Shown piece by piece: positions 1 through 13,031 of a DNA stretch of 64,000 nucleotides. The translations under genes and the position numbers were made by a program. The stretch comes from Laetmonice hystrix (taxonomy: Eukaryota): positions 34,846,001-34,910,000 of the forward strand of contig OZ249440.1 in NCBI GenBank assembly GCA_965235115.1. Direction: 5' to 3'. Every line of letters starts with the position of its first letter. The first letter of the stretch is position 1. The notes under the pieces are model-generated. The model made no database searches and was not told the origin of the DNA. It saw only the letters and a program-made list of their open reading frames with translations.

Positions 1-822
1 GCTATTACAAAAATGGAAAATTTTGATGTGGAAAACCCAGTAAGATCAACTTGCTAGGTTTTACCTCGCAAACAAACAAAATACCTATTAAAGGCTAATA
101 CTTGCTAGGTATTGCCATAACAAAATATAGGGAAACGGACATCATTTTTTCTATGTCTTGTACCCTATGGATATAAGGCATATGCAAGTAAGTACAAAAA
201 TGGTACTCGACCAAAATTCCACTTACCAAGTTTTTCCCTAACACTCGAGAGTTGCCAAACATCAGAAGAAAACGTGATGTGCTCAATGGAACGTCGGAAG
301 TTGACAAGACACTGTGGCCACTGTACTTCTGTCCCGGCGTGCGCAAGTTAAACTCAAGGTGACGTCCAAGTAGCAGGTCTCAAAACCCACAAGGTGGTGT
401 CTGTGTATACCGGTCAACCGAGGTGTATCATCACGGTTCCCAAAACACGGTGCAGGACTTGCCAACTGTATTTTAAAACAATTTTCTTTTGGGTTCAGAA
501 AAGTACCAACGATATCTAGTTACAGTAGTCTACTTACAATTCATGGATCATATTACGGTAATATGCTTCATCAGTTGCCACACAACCTATCCCTTGGCTG
601 AAACAAGCACTTTTCTTCCCGGTGAAAAGGAGGGCTTCTGGGTTCACGAAGACAAGCTTGGCCAAGTTTTTGTTCCACATCTACTTCAGTTTCTACACAC
701 ACAGTCTCCGTGTCGTGTAGATCTAAATCGACATCTGAAGAATTACAGTCCGAGTCTGCGGCATCTTTGAAATGATAGGTTTTCCCTCTTGATGACTTGA
801 TATCCAGGTAACAAGCAGATAG

Positions 823-1067
823 ACCTTTTTCACAAAGCTTATGGACTTGTTCTTTTGTTATAGCGTTTAATGGAGAAATGACTAGAGTACTATATTGTAT
901 GCTGGAGTCTTGAGTCTTTTTCCATATTCTGTTGGCCGTAGGATAAGGGAATCTTTCTTGTAAAATATGTCCAATGCCTCTATTTGCTTTTCTTTCAGTT
1001 TTAAGGTGGTAACGTACAATCCAGAAACTTGCAGTGTTTTGTCTAAAACCTCTTAAAATGATGTCAT
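823..1067 (-). pseudogene. Degenerate RecQ-like SF2 helicase N-terminal fragment (possibly Academ-derived)
   Basis: Manual minus-strand translation gives LKLKEKQIEALD, then after a frameshift LRPTEYGKRL (Walker A-like, cf. LPTGYGKSL) and TLVISPLNAITKEQV (motif Ia). It contains a stop and frameshifts. Confidence 0.6.
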
Positions 1068-1196
1068 GATATTCTGTTCACATAGACTAGGTGGCATGGG
1101 GGGGAGGACGTTGTAAACAGAACAAGATTTAAACTTTCTTTGATTAAACGGTACTGTAACCAAATTCTTATGATTCCTCGGTTGACGAGATATGAG

Positions 1197-1389
1197 TGTC
1201 ACAGGCTGGACTTCTGACTCTTTTATAGTTCAGGCTTGTCGACAGTGTGTTTCAATGATATTCCCGTTGGGACCCGGGATAAAATAGGTTCCTTTAATTT
1301 TATGGTCTTTTAACTGTCGCCGGTTTTCGCCGTGAAGATGGCCTGGATGCCGACACAGCGGAAAACTACCACTACTCACTCACTCACTC
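1197..1389 (+). mobile_element. 3' end fragment of the I-group/Nimb-like LINE
   Basis: Matches the ORF2 end and 3' UTR of the full-length copy (GGCTGGACTTCTGACTCTTTTATAG...GGGACCCGGGATAAAATAGG...CCACTACTCACTCACTC). Confidence 0.9.
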
Positions 1390-2799
1390 CACTGGACGTC
1401 GCCGAGGATACCTTGCCGTGCCAGGCGCTACCAGACCTGGGCCCGGTTTCTCAAAACATCTCAAGGCATACTTAAAGGTGCTATTCGTGACAAAAAAAAT
1501 TTTTTAATTTTGTTGACGTTTATGTGATCCCACATATCATGGAAATAGATTCACAACAAAGGAAATCAAAATTTTTCATGGATAAAAGGCACAAATGGGG
1601 CTCTCTGTGGAGACCCTGACACGCCTCACCATAGGAAATGGCTCTATCTCGGTGCTCACCGAGATAGGTTTCAAATGCTGAACAGTTTCAAATGCTGAAC
1701 ACAAACTAATTGAAGGTTTATGAGGCCAATGGTATCGGTAGGAATTTGTTCTAGTACTATGTGCACAATGTATGATAGGAGAAATGCCATTCTGTGCGAG
1801 ATGAATAGCATCTTTAAGTACCTTGTGCTCAAATTGAGGTGTTTCTCCAAACTTTTTCACATACTTAAGCATGTGCTCAATGGCCTGATTCTGAGTATGC
1901 TACCATACTCAACCCTGAGCACCATCATCTGAATTTAAAATTAACTTATCTTCCACACTCTAGTTACCAGCCCTCTTCCTTTTTTTCCCAACTGTTCCCT
2001 CCGTGAGTGTCTTTGCAAAATAATAAGGCAAAAAATGACCCCAAAAGTAAGCTTGAACACTTGCAAGTCGTGTATGAAAATATGCGCCAGCAGACAATCG
2101 CTCATGCTCACCGGTTTCGGTTTTTTAGTATTTACCGTCAGACGTGCTCAGGGTGAGCACGTTAGCCTGAGCAAGTTCGGAACCTGTCTCACGGTGTGGT
2201 GAGCAAGGGAGTGCAGCAGCTATGGCCGAATTGGCCAGACGCGATCAATTTTCTGCCACTGTTGCTTCGCTGTTGCTGAGATGCCCCTCGCGTGCACCCC
2301 CCCCCAACCCCACCCCCACCTACACCTACATTTCTAAAAAGGTTTTCCTGTCTATCGTGAACCTGTTGTATTAATTAGGAACAGTTCACAATCTCGGCTC
2401 CAGTCGAAGTCTTCGCACACAGCCATTGTTGTTGTTGTGTGCCGTCTGCTTGTACTACGTCTGCTGCACCACGTAAATGATATACTCCCAGCATGCCCTG
2501 CCCATCCATTCATGATTTCCATGTAAATACGACGTGCAATGGACATCATCTACTAGGAGGCTTCGAGATTACTGCATTGTTAGCAACACATAACGAGTCG
2601 TAACATATAATTAAATAAAAGGACGATTCAACTCCATGCATGAAAAGGCCAAGGAAAATGTGCTTATGAGGCAGTTACCTAAATCGGGCCTTCAACACAC
2701 ACTCTATGGTGGCTTTGGTAACCTTATGGCACCGGATGTACCTGAAGAGATATGTACTTAGGTAGTGACGTACTGAAGTGCATATCTGTGGGGGTTTTT

Positions 2800-3651
2800 G
2801 TCACATTTTGTTCTGGGCACGCTCTCTGTCTCCACTCTGTTCAGATTCTCTGCAGCATCCACACCCTCTTTCAACTGATCTTCAACAAGCACCCGCAACT
2901 TCCTCCCAAATGAGGCACACAACATTTCCAGAATCTGTTTGGTCATACCATCCAGCTCACACTCCTCTAGCAAACTTTGACGTACATCCTCCTTGTGTAC
3001 CACAACATCATCAAACATTTTCACTTCTCCACTCATGAGGTCACTTGCATCCTCTGCCCATCTTTGAAAGTATTCACACATACTTTCATATTATCGCTCA
3101 GTCAAGTCACTCACATGTTCACTCATCTCAAGCACGTTCCACAGCGGGTCAGTTACAAACTTGTCAACCATACCTAACGCACGTGCTCCTGCCACAAACT
3201 GCGCAACATTCAAATCAGCATTCACTGCTTTCATCAACTGATTTTCACTCTTGATCTCATTCATGAAGCCCTTCAGGTCCTCTCTCAGGAAGAAGGCACC
3301 TGCGCCATTGTGGAACAAGATGTTAAATCTGTTTCCTTTAAAAGGAGCTAAAGGCACACATTCCCTCCCATTTGCCCTCACATACTCACGGAACCACACT
3401 GGCTTTCCACTCTTTTCGCACCCACGCTCTTGCACAGCCTTGCACACAGTCCTTATTAAACGTAACGTTCCACTCTCACTTTTTCTCACTGACAAACGAC
3501 ACAGACCAACAGCCACATCACCAAACACCAGATTCTCCCAAACTTTCATCACAGCGTCACTATGCTCTGCTCTGCCAAACTCGCAAGAAGATGCATACCA
3601 CAAAAGAAATGATTCATTCTCCCACATTTTTCTCGTTCATCCTCACTCATG
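2800..3651 (-). pseudogene. hAT-like (hATw-type) transposase pseudogene, 3' part, split by the 3652-13031 insertion
   Basis: Reads MSEDEREKCGRMNHFFCGMH (CxxH), then PFKGNRFNILFHNG, ARALGMVDKFVTDPLW and SVPRT(N)VT across frameshifts. These motifs parallel the 826-aa ORF (RYVGNRLHVLF, LGLLGKFLTGPW, APLHNMAAER). Confidence 0.8.
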
Positions 3652-4860
3652 TAGGCACTTTCATGAAAAAATTAATTACATAGAAGAACATATATTATAG
3701 CACTAATGGGTGCATCTCAAGAAAAGAACTGAGGAGGTGCTTAAATTTTGACTCTATGTTAATTATTAGCTGAGATATTGCCCATTTACTATCATTTTTG
3801 GGAGCTTATTTGGGACCCTGCTTCCATTCATAATGCATTGGGCATTTTGTGACCTTTCCCTATAGGCCTAGAAGGCCTATAATTAATGAAAGAGAGTAAA
3901 ACTAGTTTTATTTGAAAAGAAATGTTAAAATTCAGTATTCTGTAGATCTTTTTTTGAAATTCGGCTTAAAGCTAGGTCATAGCTGCAGTGTTTCAACGGG
4001 CACAATTATAATGGTCACTCAAGGTCAAGTCAAGGTCAAAGAAGGGTCATTCTGATAGGCTTTGAAAGGACACGTCAGCCAAAACCTAGTGATATTTGGT
4101 AAATCTGTTTTAAACTTTTAGAAATGAAAGACCTGGCCATATAGGAAATATCCTTTAGCATAACTTCCATGGCAGACATATTGGTTGCCATGGTAACAAA
4201 GAAAAACAAAATGGCTGCCATCTTAGGAAGTCTGTATCTCGGGAACTAATAGAGATACGAGGGTGTTCTGTAGCTCTACGGATAGGATTTGTAATGCTCT
4301 ACAATGTGACAGCAGGTTGTTATGGCGGTTAATTTGTGGAAAAAATTGGCAACTAAATTGTATTTAGTTGCCATGGTAACCAAGAAAAACAAATTGGCCG
4401 CCATGAATTTCTCCTGTCTTAGGAAGTCTGTATCTCGGGAACTAATAGAGATAGGGTGGTGTTCTGTACCTCTACGGAAAGGGGGTTTAATGCTCTACAT
4501 TATGACAGCCGGTTCTTTATGAAAACTGACAAAACAAGATTCAATTTGGTCTCATAAATGTTTTTTCTTCAGGTTTTTATCCTTTTACGACACATATATT
4601 GTGGGAAATTAGGTCTCATGCTTAAAGTATGATCACATGACGCTGTCCTTCAAAGTTGTCTCTGCACAGTTTATTTTCCAAATAGAAAATAGAAACAATA
4701 TGTGTTCTTGATATCCTTACAGATAGTTCTTGATATCCATTGACAGTTCATTTTTGCAGTCGACATGATTGTAATATCAAATGGCTTTACTATCACATCA
4801 ACTCTATCACACATGCAATACCATTTTAATTATTTAATACTAATAGTCATTTCATCATGT

Positions 4861-5620
4861 CAGCGCCACCTATCAATAGGTAAAATTACCAAGCTGTGAC
4901 AGTCATAGATATCATAGACACAACTAGTACATCAGTCAACGATCAACTGAGTGCTGATAACTATAAAGTCCTTAAAACTAGCCTGCCCTCCCATGAGAGA
5001 TCGATTTTTACAATTGACATAGCACTGTGACAGCTCATCTATGTCATAGACGCATGCAACTATAGTTACGCCAGTCAACGATCAACTGACAAAAAGACCT
5101 TAAAACTAGAATGCCCTCCCATGAGATATCGATTTTTACAATTAAGATACCACATTAGGCACTAGCAGCGCCACCTATCAATAGGTAAAATTACCACTTT
5201 GACAGCTCATCTATGTCATAGACACATGCAAAGTTCTATAGTTACACCAGTCAACAATCAACTGACAACTATAAAAAGACCTTAAAACTAGAGTGCCCCC
5301 CTCCCATGAGATATCGATTTTTACAATTGATATACCAGATTAGGCACTAGCAGCGCCACCTATCAATAGGTAAAATTACCACTGTGACAGCTCATCTATG
5401 TCATAGATAGATGCAACTATAGTTACATCAGTTAACGTTCAACTGACAACTATAAAACCTTAAAACTAGACTGCCCTCCCATGAGAGATCGATTTTTACA
5501 ATTGAGATAACATTCTTACCAGATTAAGCACTATCAGCGCCACCTATCAATAGGTATAATTACCACTGTGACATCCTCCACTCTAGTCATAGCCTATGTC
5601 ATAGACACAACTAGTACATT
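4861..5620. repeat. ~185-bp tandem repeat inside the transposon
   Basis: CAGCGCCACCTATCAATAGGTA recurs at 4861, 5166, 5351 and 5535 with shared downstream sequence. Confidence 0.9.
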
Positions 5621-6569
5621 ACTCAAAGCTCACATTAGAACAGCAGATAACAACAAACAGCAAAAAAACTAGACTGCCCTCCATATTGGGAGACCTTAAT
5701 AATTTTCTTTTTAAAATTGATCAATAGGTAAAATAGCAACTCACAGTCATCAACTTTATTTTCTGAGAAAATGTTATACTATTTAGAAGCAATTGTGCAG
5801 TATCTACAAAAATGAATCATGATACCCAACCGATAACATCAGTATGTGCACTGATTTACTATGACTGTGTAAACTTAGTCCTACTCACTTGGGATGACAC
5901 AATATCCAGCATACAGTTCTAAAAATAAGGCCACTAGAGGTCGGCCCTGAGTTGTGTGCTACACTAACCGTGAGAGGGCAGTAGTAGTAGCTTGGTGGCA
6001 TGCCATGTGCATGGGCAAGGAAGGCATGTGTGGGAGGACTGAAAGTTGTAAGTTTTTAGAAATGTCTCAAAGTCCCAAAGTTCAGAAATATGTCCATCAA
6101 TATCAAAGCTCCGCTAGGGCACTTTTAGGCAAGGTAGCATATATTTTTTTTATTGTAATCGAATCTTGTAGAACGAGCGTAGGGACAGTCTCATAAAAAT
6201 CATCTATTATCGCCCATTGAGCACGTGGTGTACAAGTGACCAGAGGGAGAGACACATTTACTTATTAGCTATCAGATATTGGCCTTTGCGACCAAAGCTG
6301 ATTTTCTGTATTGTACCAAATAGATATCTAATCTCAGCTGAGGATATTTTCAGTGTAAGTTTTGTCGTAGAAAGAGCATATTAATAATGAAGGGGTGCAT
6401 GTGTGAAGGGCACCAGTTATTGCTTAATCAATGCCCACGTGGCACGCAGTTGGCTTAGACTTGCACTGCCACCAGAGATTTTCAAGTTTGTTATCGTGAG
6501 ACAGACCTGGTTTGTTCTTGATACTAGATAGACCCTTTGCCCTGCAATTTTGAACTTAATGAATGTCAC

Positions 6570-7175
6570 CCACACCTTGCGACATATAAGTCATGTTCAC
6601 AGTTCAGCCTGTATCGGCCACAGTGAAACAGTCAAAAGCCCCCCACCCCACCTTGGCCTTGCCACATGCCATGTTCAGCCTGTACTGGCCACAGTGAAAC
6701 AGTCAAAAGCCCCCACCCCACCCCCACCTTGTGACATGCCATGTTCACTGTTCAGCCTGTACTGGCCACAGTGACACAGTCAAAAGCCCCCCCACCCCAC
6801 CTTGGCCTTGCCACATGCCATGTTCAGCCTGTACTGGCCACAGTGAAACAGTCAAAAGCCCCCATCCCACCCCCACCTTGCGACATGCCATGTTCACTGT
6901 TCAGCCTGTACTGGCCACAGTGAAACAGTCAAAAGCCCCCACCCCACCCCCACCTTGCGACATGCCATGTTCACTGTTCAGCCTGTACTGGCCACAGTGA
7001 AACAGTTAAAAGCTCCACACCCACACACACCCCACCCCACCCCCACCTTACCCCTTGCGACATGTCATGTTTAGCTTGCACTGGCCAGAGTGAAAGAGTT
7101 AAAAGCCCCACCTCATCCCTTGCGACATGTAGCCTGTACCGGCCAGGGTGAAACAGTCAAAAGCCCCCCCCCCCC
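6570..7175. repeat. ~60-75-bp minisatellite with alternating unit types
   Basis: About 8 copies of TTCAGCCTGTACTGGCCACAGTGAAACAGTCAAAAGCCCC followed by a C-rich tract. Confidence 0.92.
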
Positions 7176-7734
7176 CATATCATCAAGTTGGAACTATATA
7201 TTCAATCAGAATTTGGACATGACCCACAGGTCCAGCGAAAGTCGCACTACCCTTGTCGGGACAGGCCGACACAGAAACTTATCCGAGGACATGGGAGCAG
7301 AGCCTGTCGAAACATGGCACATGGCGAACAAGTACATGGCAGTTGGAATTCATCTACACGCAGCCTTTTGTCATAAGGTACTCGTCAAGGGTCAAATCCA
7401 TCAAGTACATATCTGTAGCTAAAAACTGTCGCCGATAACATGCTATTTTGTTAATAGACAGTGGAAATGACCAAATGTGTTATAACTACCAATAACCTTA
7501 GGGTCAATTTTCTTAATTTTTCAGATTCTTTCTTACTTAGGAAACAAACTCTGCAATGGGGTATTCCAACACTGCCAACAAAGAAACCAGGGGCATTGCA
7601 AGTCCTCAACAAAACGCCTTTTGGATTCTAATTCATAGCTTGGCAAGAGAATCACCATTCAGAGGCATGACTTTGCCACAGAAAAGTTTATACCTCATGA
7701 AGACATGTCATTGGTGTGGTACAACATTATACCC

Positions 7735-7980
7735 TCACGAAAATCTTAGATCACCAAACAGGAAATCAGTAATGAACTGAGCTCGAGGAATGTCAAAGTC
7801 CTCGGCATCTTCAGGATCCTCCTCAGATGACCAGTAGCCAACAACAAATCGGCAAGACTTAGTCTTCTTTATTTTGATGATGACACCCTGATACTGAGAG
7901 ACGGTTTCAGTCTCATTATCAAACCACATGTGTTCAATCCTGCGACCAACAAAATCAGCAGGATCACAGAGCAGTTGCAA
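7735..7980 (-). CDS. Probable frameshifted C-terminal domain of the transposase
   Basis: Overlaps the end of the 826-aa ORF in another frame and has no ATG start (TTG). FVGRRIEHMW...YQGVI...FLFGDL reads like a compact terminal domain. Confidence 0.55.
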   Translation of the reverse strand: MQLLCDPADFVGRRIEHMWFDNETETVSQYQGVIIKIKKTKSCRFVVGYWSSEEDPEDAEDFDIPRAQFITDFLFGDLRFS

Positions 7981-10444
7981 GGTCGATCATCATCTGGTCA
8001 TCTGAGGAGGCGCCTGGAGTAATGGTGACAACATCAGCCTGAGTAATGCGAGCTGACTGCTCTAAGCTGACAAGCTTTTTCTCCATTTTTTTCCTTTGAC
8101 TGGTCTCCTTCTGCCTCACCTTCTGATCTAATCGAGCTGTAAAGGTTTGCTGATCCCGTTTAGCTCTTTTTCGTGCAACTTCAGATGCAGAACTGGCTTT
8201 CCGGATAGCAAACCCCACAGCTCGCTCTTGTTCCTGGAGAGGCAGACGGGACAACCGAGTGAGGCTCTTGTTCACCTTGGCTTTTATTTTAGCCTCCACA
8301 AATGAGGGGAGCGCATTTGGTGCTCTCCTGTACTGAGAGTCAGCCATGGCCATGACTCTCTCGGCCGCCATGTTGTGAAGTGGGGCCTGGCTTGCCTGAG
8401 TCAGCATGCTGTCAGATGGTTCGGATAGGTCACCTATTAGGTAACGTTCCAGCTGTCGCTCAAAGACAGACTTGACAGCTGCCACTGCCTTGCTTACAAG
8501 AATGGCTTTTTCAGGTAGCAACTCCATTTGTTGTAAACTCCTAAGTACCTGGTCATCCTCAGCAAGAGGGTTACCAAATATGTCAGTGTGAGATGTCTGG
8601 AGCAGTTGTGGCTGTTCACACAAAGTTCTTAATGTTTCAACACTTTTTTTCATTTCAGAGTTCATTGTAAGGTTTGAACCTTCAGCATAGAATTTCTGCA
8701 TCCATGGCCCTGTTAGAAACTTTCCCAACAGTCCAAGGATGCAGAGATCCTGCAAAACGTCAGTTGACTGAAGGTCCACCAAAAGGGCTGTTCGAAGCCC
8801 AGCAGTCTGGGAGCAATACTTGCTCAGGTACTCCAGGAACTCAGATTGGCGACTGACTATCACCCCAGCCAGATGAAACAAGACATGGAGGCGGTTCCCA
8901 ACATACCGAGGCAGCTCTTTCATTGGCAGGCCTCTGCCTTTGAAAAAAGACTTGAAACCACGAGGGTCACCCTTACCCTGCTTGTACCTCATTTTTGAGA
9001 TGCCCATTACAACATTGGCTGCTGCGCAGTCACTACCAAAGGTTGTGCTTCTGGCAGAGGATTCGGACTTAAGCACTGTCCGCACTTTACTTGACACTGA
9101 ATCTAAGGGGTGAACATTGCAATTCAGTTCTAGAAGGGGCTTCTGAAATGTCGTCTCCAACTGCTGAACAACACAGTGGTTAACAGCAACCCTATCTGTC
9201 AGAGTTGAACTGATGTTATCATGGAAGGAAGACAACACTTCAGATTGGTTATTTCCCGTCCAGTCTGCATAGAGTGAGGCTGCGTCCTCCAAAGTTTCTC
9301 TGATGTGGAGGTGGTAATCGGAAGTCTTCCCTCCTGGAAGTTCCCCCACACCCAGAGAAAGTTGGGAGGAGCCAGCATTGACATGGACCTCATTGATGTG
9401 AGAGCCACCAACATCTGTGGCATCCCAGGCCAGATTACAATGGGGGGTGCTTGTCAAAAACTCCCCAGTTTGGAGGGAACTAAGAATCCCCATCTCCCTG
9501 GCCATTCTGGCAACGGTTGATGGAGCAGGGATATCCGAGATATCTTTCCCAGTCAGCTCCTTTGAGATATACTTGATAAGGTCACCAGCATGCTCAACTG
9601 GAACCTGATACTCTAAAGCATAATATATGCATTTCCTTACTTGAGCTGTGTATGTTTGACCTTTTTTTGTTTTCACTTGCCCCTCATTACTAACATCATT
9701 TGATTTGTAGCCATCAAGTTCTACCTGCAGCTTATCAATGGCACTTTCAAGGGCTTCAACCTTACCACGCAGGTAGTCGTGAGTCTGGCTACTCCGGGCA
9801 GCTACCTTTCTGAGCTTCTTGATTTTTACCTTTAATTTTCTGTTGGCTGACACATAGTTTGACTGATTAGCCCCCGTTTTTAGCTTCTTCAGCTCCAAGT
9901 TTTTCTGTTTGATGCAAGCATTTTTACGTTTTAGTTTTTGGTTTATATGTTTTGGGCACAAGGCTGCAATTTTCCCTTTGAGTCTAACATTTTCATCTTT
10001 AATTTTCTGTACCACGCTGACCTCTTTTGTCAGACTCACAACCTGTGAATATAAAGAGGCACAGGCATGACATTCATTACATTTGAGGGACCTGACCTCC
10101 CTCGGAGTCGAGGCCTGAGGATCCCGACTTGTCGACCTCGGAGTTGGAAAGCTGAACTGCTCTGACAAGTAATGGTGCACTTTTCCAGCATTTCTTTTTA
10201 GTTTTTTTTTGTATGAATTGACCTTGTTGACAATTCTGTTAATAGAATGCCTAACGGAATCGTTTGAAAAATGAACGCTTGGTCTGACACTGGTCAAAAA
10301 AGAAACAGTGCCAGGCAAATCTCTGTTACCCTGAAGATATACAGACAAGAGTACACCGTTGGTAACAATCAGGTTATCATAAGGTTTGTTGGGGAAGAGG
10401 TCAATAATGTATCTAGCGAGAGCTGCAGGGTCAGAGCACTCCAT
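7964..10444 (-). CDS. hAT-like DDE transposase (826 aa; C-terminus probably continues in 7735-7980 after a frameshift)
   Basis: Long ORF inside the TIRs. Basic coiled-coil N-terminus, candidate catalytic residues in WDATD and TLTDRVAVN, CxxH motif (LNCNVHPLD), and hAT-like NMAAERVM containing the catalytic E. Confidence 0.8.
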   Translation of the reverse strand: MECSDPAALARYIIDLFPNKPYDNLIVTNGVLLSVYLQGNRDLPGTVSFLTSVRPSVHFSNDSVRHSINRIVNKVNSYKKKLKRNAGKVHHYLSEQFSFPTPRSTSRDPQASTPREVRSLKCNECHACASLYSQVVSLTKEVSVVQKIKDENVRLKGKIAALCPKHINQKLKRKNACIKQKNLELKKLKTGANQSNYVSANRKLKVKIKKLRKVAARSSQTHDYLRGKVEALESAIDKLQVELDGYKSNDVSNEGQVKTKKGQTYTAQVRKCIYYALEYQVPVEHAGDLIKYISKELTGKDISDIPAPSTVARMAREMGILSSLQTGEFLTSTPHCNLAWDATDVGGSHINEVHVNAGSSQLSLGVGELPGGKTSDYHLHIRETLEDAASLYADWTGNNQSEVLSSFHDNISSTLTDRVAVNHCVVQQLETTFQKPLLELNCNVHPLDSVSSKVRTVLKSESSARSTTFGSDCAAANVVMGISKMRYKQGKGDPRGFKSFFKGRGLPMKELPRYVGNRLHVLFHLAGVIVSRQSEFLEYLSKYCSQTAGLRTALLVDLQSTDVLQDLCILGLLGKFLTGPWMQKFYAEGSNLTMNSEMKKSVETLRTLCEQPQLLQTSHTDIFGNPLAEDDQVLRSLQQMELLPEKAILVSKAVAAVKSVFERQLERYLIGDLSEPSDSMLTQASQAPLHNMAAERVMAMADSQYRRAPNALPSFVEAKIKAKVNKSLTRLSRLPLQEQERAVGFAIRKASSASEVARKRAKRDQQTFTARLDQKVRQKETSQRKKMEKKLVSLEQSARITQADVVTITPGASSDDQMMIDLATAL

Positions 10445-13031
10445 GTTGATGTATTCCTACATGTGATAACCTGAAAAATATGAACACTACATGTACATCT
10501 GCAAAAACATTCAGATCTAGTAATTAAGAGAACTTTTAATTTTTTTTAATTTGATAGGTCTAGTAATTAAGATAACTGTTTCATGTTGTTAGCACATTTC
10601 TTTATAAAGTTCAATTGAATAAAGAAAATATTAACTTTGTATTCTCCTTTTCTAATCTATCCAAGGTTACATTATTGAGAATGAATGAATGAGTTTCTTT
10701 AAGATAATCTTACGATTTTCACATCTGTGTAAATGGTCCTATAAAAGATTTTTGCGTTTTAGATACGTGTGAAAGAGGTGGCTTTAAATTTGTTAGTAAA
10801 AAGGTAACAAGTGAGAAATCCTACCTTTGTAAACCCGTTTGGTCCATGTCCGTACTTAGCGACAAAGGTCACAAAAACCCAATTCACCACTCGTCAAAAA
10901 ATCGAATGACAAAGAAACAAATTTCAAGAGATCATCCATTTTGTCATCATTTTACTGTGTTTAAACCGTATGTTGGGGGGGGGGGGGGCCAGTGGTTTTT
11001 ATGCTTTTTAGTTTGCTGTGGGGAGATACTTTTTCCATTATTTTATTTTGGATTTTTACTACATCAGGGGGTGGGGTTTCAAAAGGTGTTCACTTTGTAT
11101 GCATCTCACAGTGAGAAAATGGAAGATCTCTAAAATAGAACAAAAAGAGCTGGGTTCTTCAGTCATCCATGAAAGGGTAAGAGAAAAGACAGAAAACGTT
11201 TGAGATGTAGAGATGTAAATGTTCTAATAGGTTAGTGAGTACATATTGAGAGAATCACACACACACACGCTCGCACACCCACAAGTCATCCGCCTTTCTG
11301 CATGAAACACCCCAGATAAAAAGATTGGTGTAAACAAGTTTATTGCAGACAAAATTACAAAATTAAGGGCATAATGAATACATCTTGTTGCCCAAACGTA
11401 GCCAATCTTTAATTCAAGACATTTCCACTTAAAAGGGATCATATTTGATAACTGAAATTAGATGCTACTGTAATACAGTATGATTTTCAAATTTACAATT
11501 ATGGGTGGACGAACTTGTATATTTTTTAAAATGTCTTCTTGAATTAAAGTTCGGTTGAACCGAAACATTTTTGTTCACACAGGCTAGTTAATCAGCATAA
11601 AAATGTTGCAGGTTACCTTATAATATTTATTATAATACACAATACTGTTTCACACCGAAACACTCCGAAACACTGAGTCACTTTGGAGCTAACTACATTT
11701 TGACTTGCATTTCCTAGCCTGGTGATACAACAACCCCCCCAAAAAAAGTCTAAACCAACATAGCATTTGAAAGAGTTTTTACATACTCGTCAAATAAGAT
11801 TTATGTAGAAATGTGGTGTTGTAGCCTATATCATCTGAATAAAAGTAATAAGTGCTATAAGACATTATGATTATCATCATAGGTTTCCTGAAATAGATTA
11901 TCGAAATAAGTTATACCAGTTAACTGCTAATACACAAGCAAGGTTACAAAAATTATCGGCTGATCCACACACATAAAGGGTATATAAATGTCTGTATAAT
12001 TAATAGTATTTTAATAGTTTAAATAATTTTCTTTACAACAGGGTTTTTTTTAATGGGGGGGGGGGTGATTTCTTTCGGTATGTGAGACATCTGCTAAACT
12101 GTCTTTTAAAATTTTTTAAAAATTGAAAGAATCATGGTAGCTGGGGTTTCAAACAGTGGCAATAATAATTTTTTGTTAGGTTGAAGAAAACGGAGGAGTT
12201 GGAATTTGGATGCCTTAAACCCCAGTCTATAGGTGGTTTAAAAACCCCTGCTTAACAAGAGAAATATGTCACAGGATACTAACTTATAATGGAATGTTAA
12301 ATAAATGATCTGAGAGTTCCCAGGTCCGGTACTAAGTCTTGTAAATTCCTGAAAGACAGAAAAAGACGCATTAATTTAAATCAAGGACAAGATTCTTGTT
12401 AAAAAATATTACTTGCTCCATACATACGTACAATTTATCACCCATGAATTTGTTAAATAGTGCCCCCTGTGGCATACAAGTAACTTTCAAATCTACAAAA
12501 ATACATACATTCATGCGTATGGCTTTACAGGCGTAAACTTTGTCCAGTTGTACAGCCCACTTTATGACTACGACCAGAGTACCAGGTGCCACTGATAGGT
12601 GGCGCCACCTGGCTGATCACACCCGGTTTGAGGTGTGCGCTTTTTGCGCCCTCTGTAGTTAACAGTGCGCACTGGTTTAGGCTTAAACTGTTCAGGGTTT
12701 CCGACAGACGACTAAGTAAACAACATGTCTAAGAATGTTTTTTAGGTGTCGAACACGTTTTTCCTAGTCTATGAGGCTTTGGAAATCATGCTATGATTTC
12801 ATTTTGCCATAAAATGGAAAGTACTTACTTGATTTTCATCGGACCTTCACGGAGTCAAAAGGAGCGTCCTCCGATCATTGCTTGACATTGGGAACTCTAC
12901 CGGAAGTTATTGTAAAAGGGTGCAAATCACCAGTAACGGGTACAAGGCAAATCAAAGTCTTCCCGAGCGCCGGTCACAAACGGTCACGTTAAAAACTGAC
13001 CCCACAGATTGTGACGTCATGAAAGTGCCTA

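Larger units (their letters stand above)
3652..13031 (-). mobile_element. Complete 9380-bp hAT-superfamily (hATw-like) DNA transposon
   Basis: Perfect 15-bp TIRs TAGGCACTTTCATGA (3652-3666 and 13017-13031). 7-bp TSD ACTCATG (3645-3651 and 13032-13038). Internal transposase ORF. Removing the element restores the reading frame DGWNDMSEDER of the flanking gene. Confidence 0.9.

Noticed and set aside
1472..2300. TTAA-AGGTG Kolobok-like terminus
   Set aside because: No matching second end was found, so no element could be delimited.
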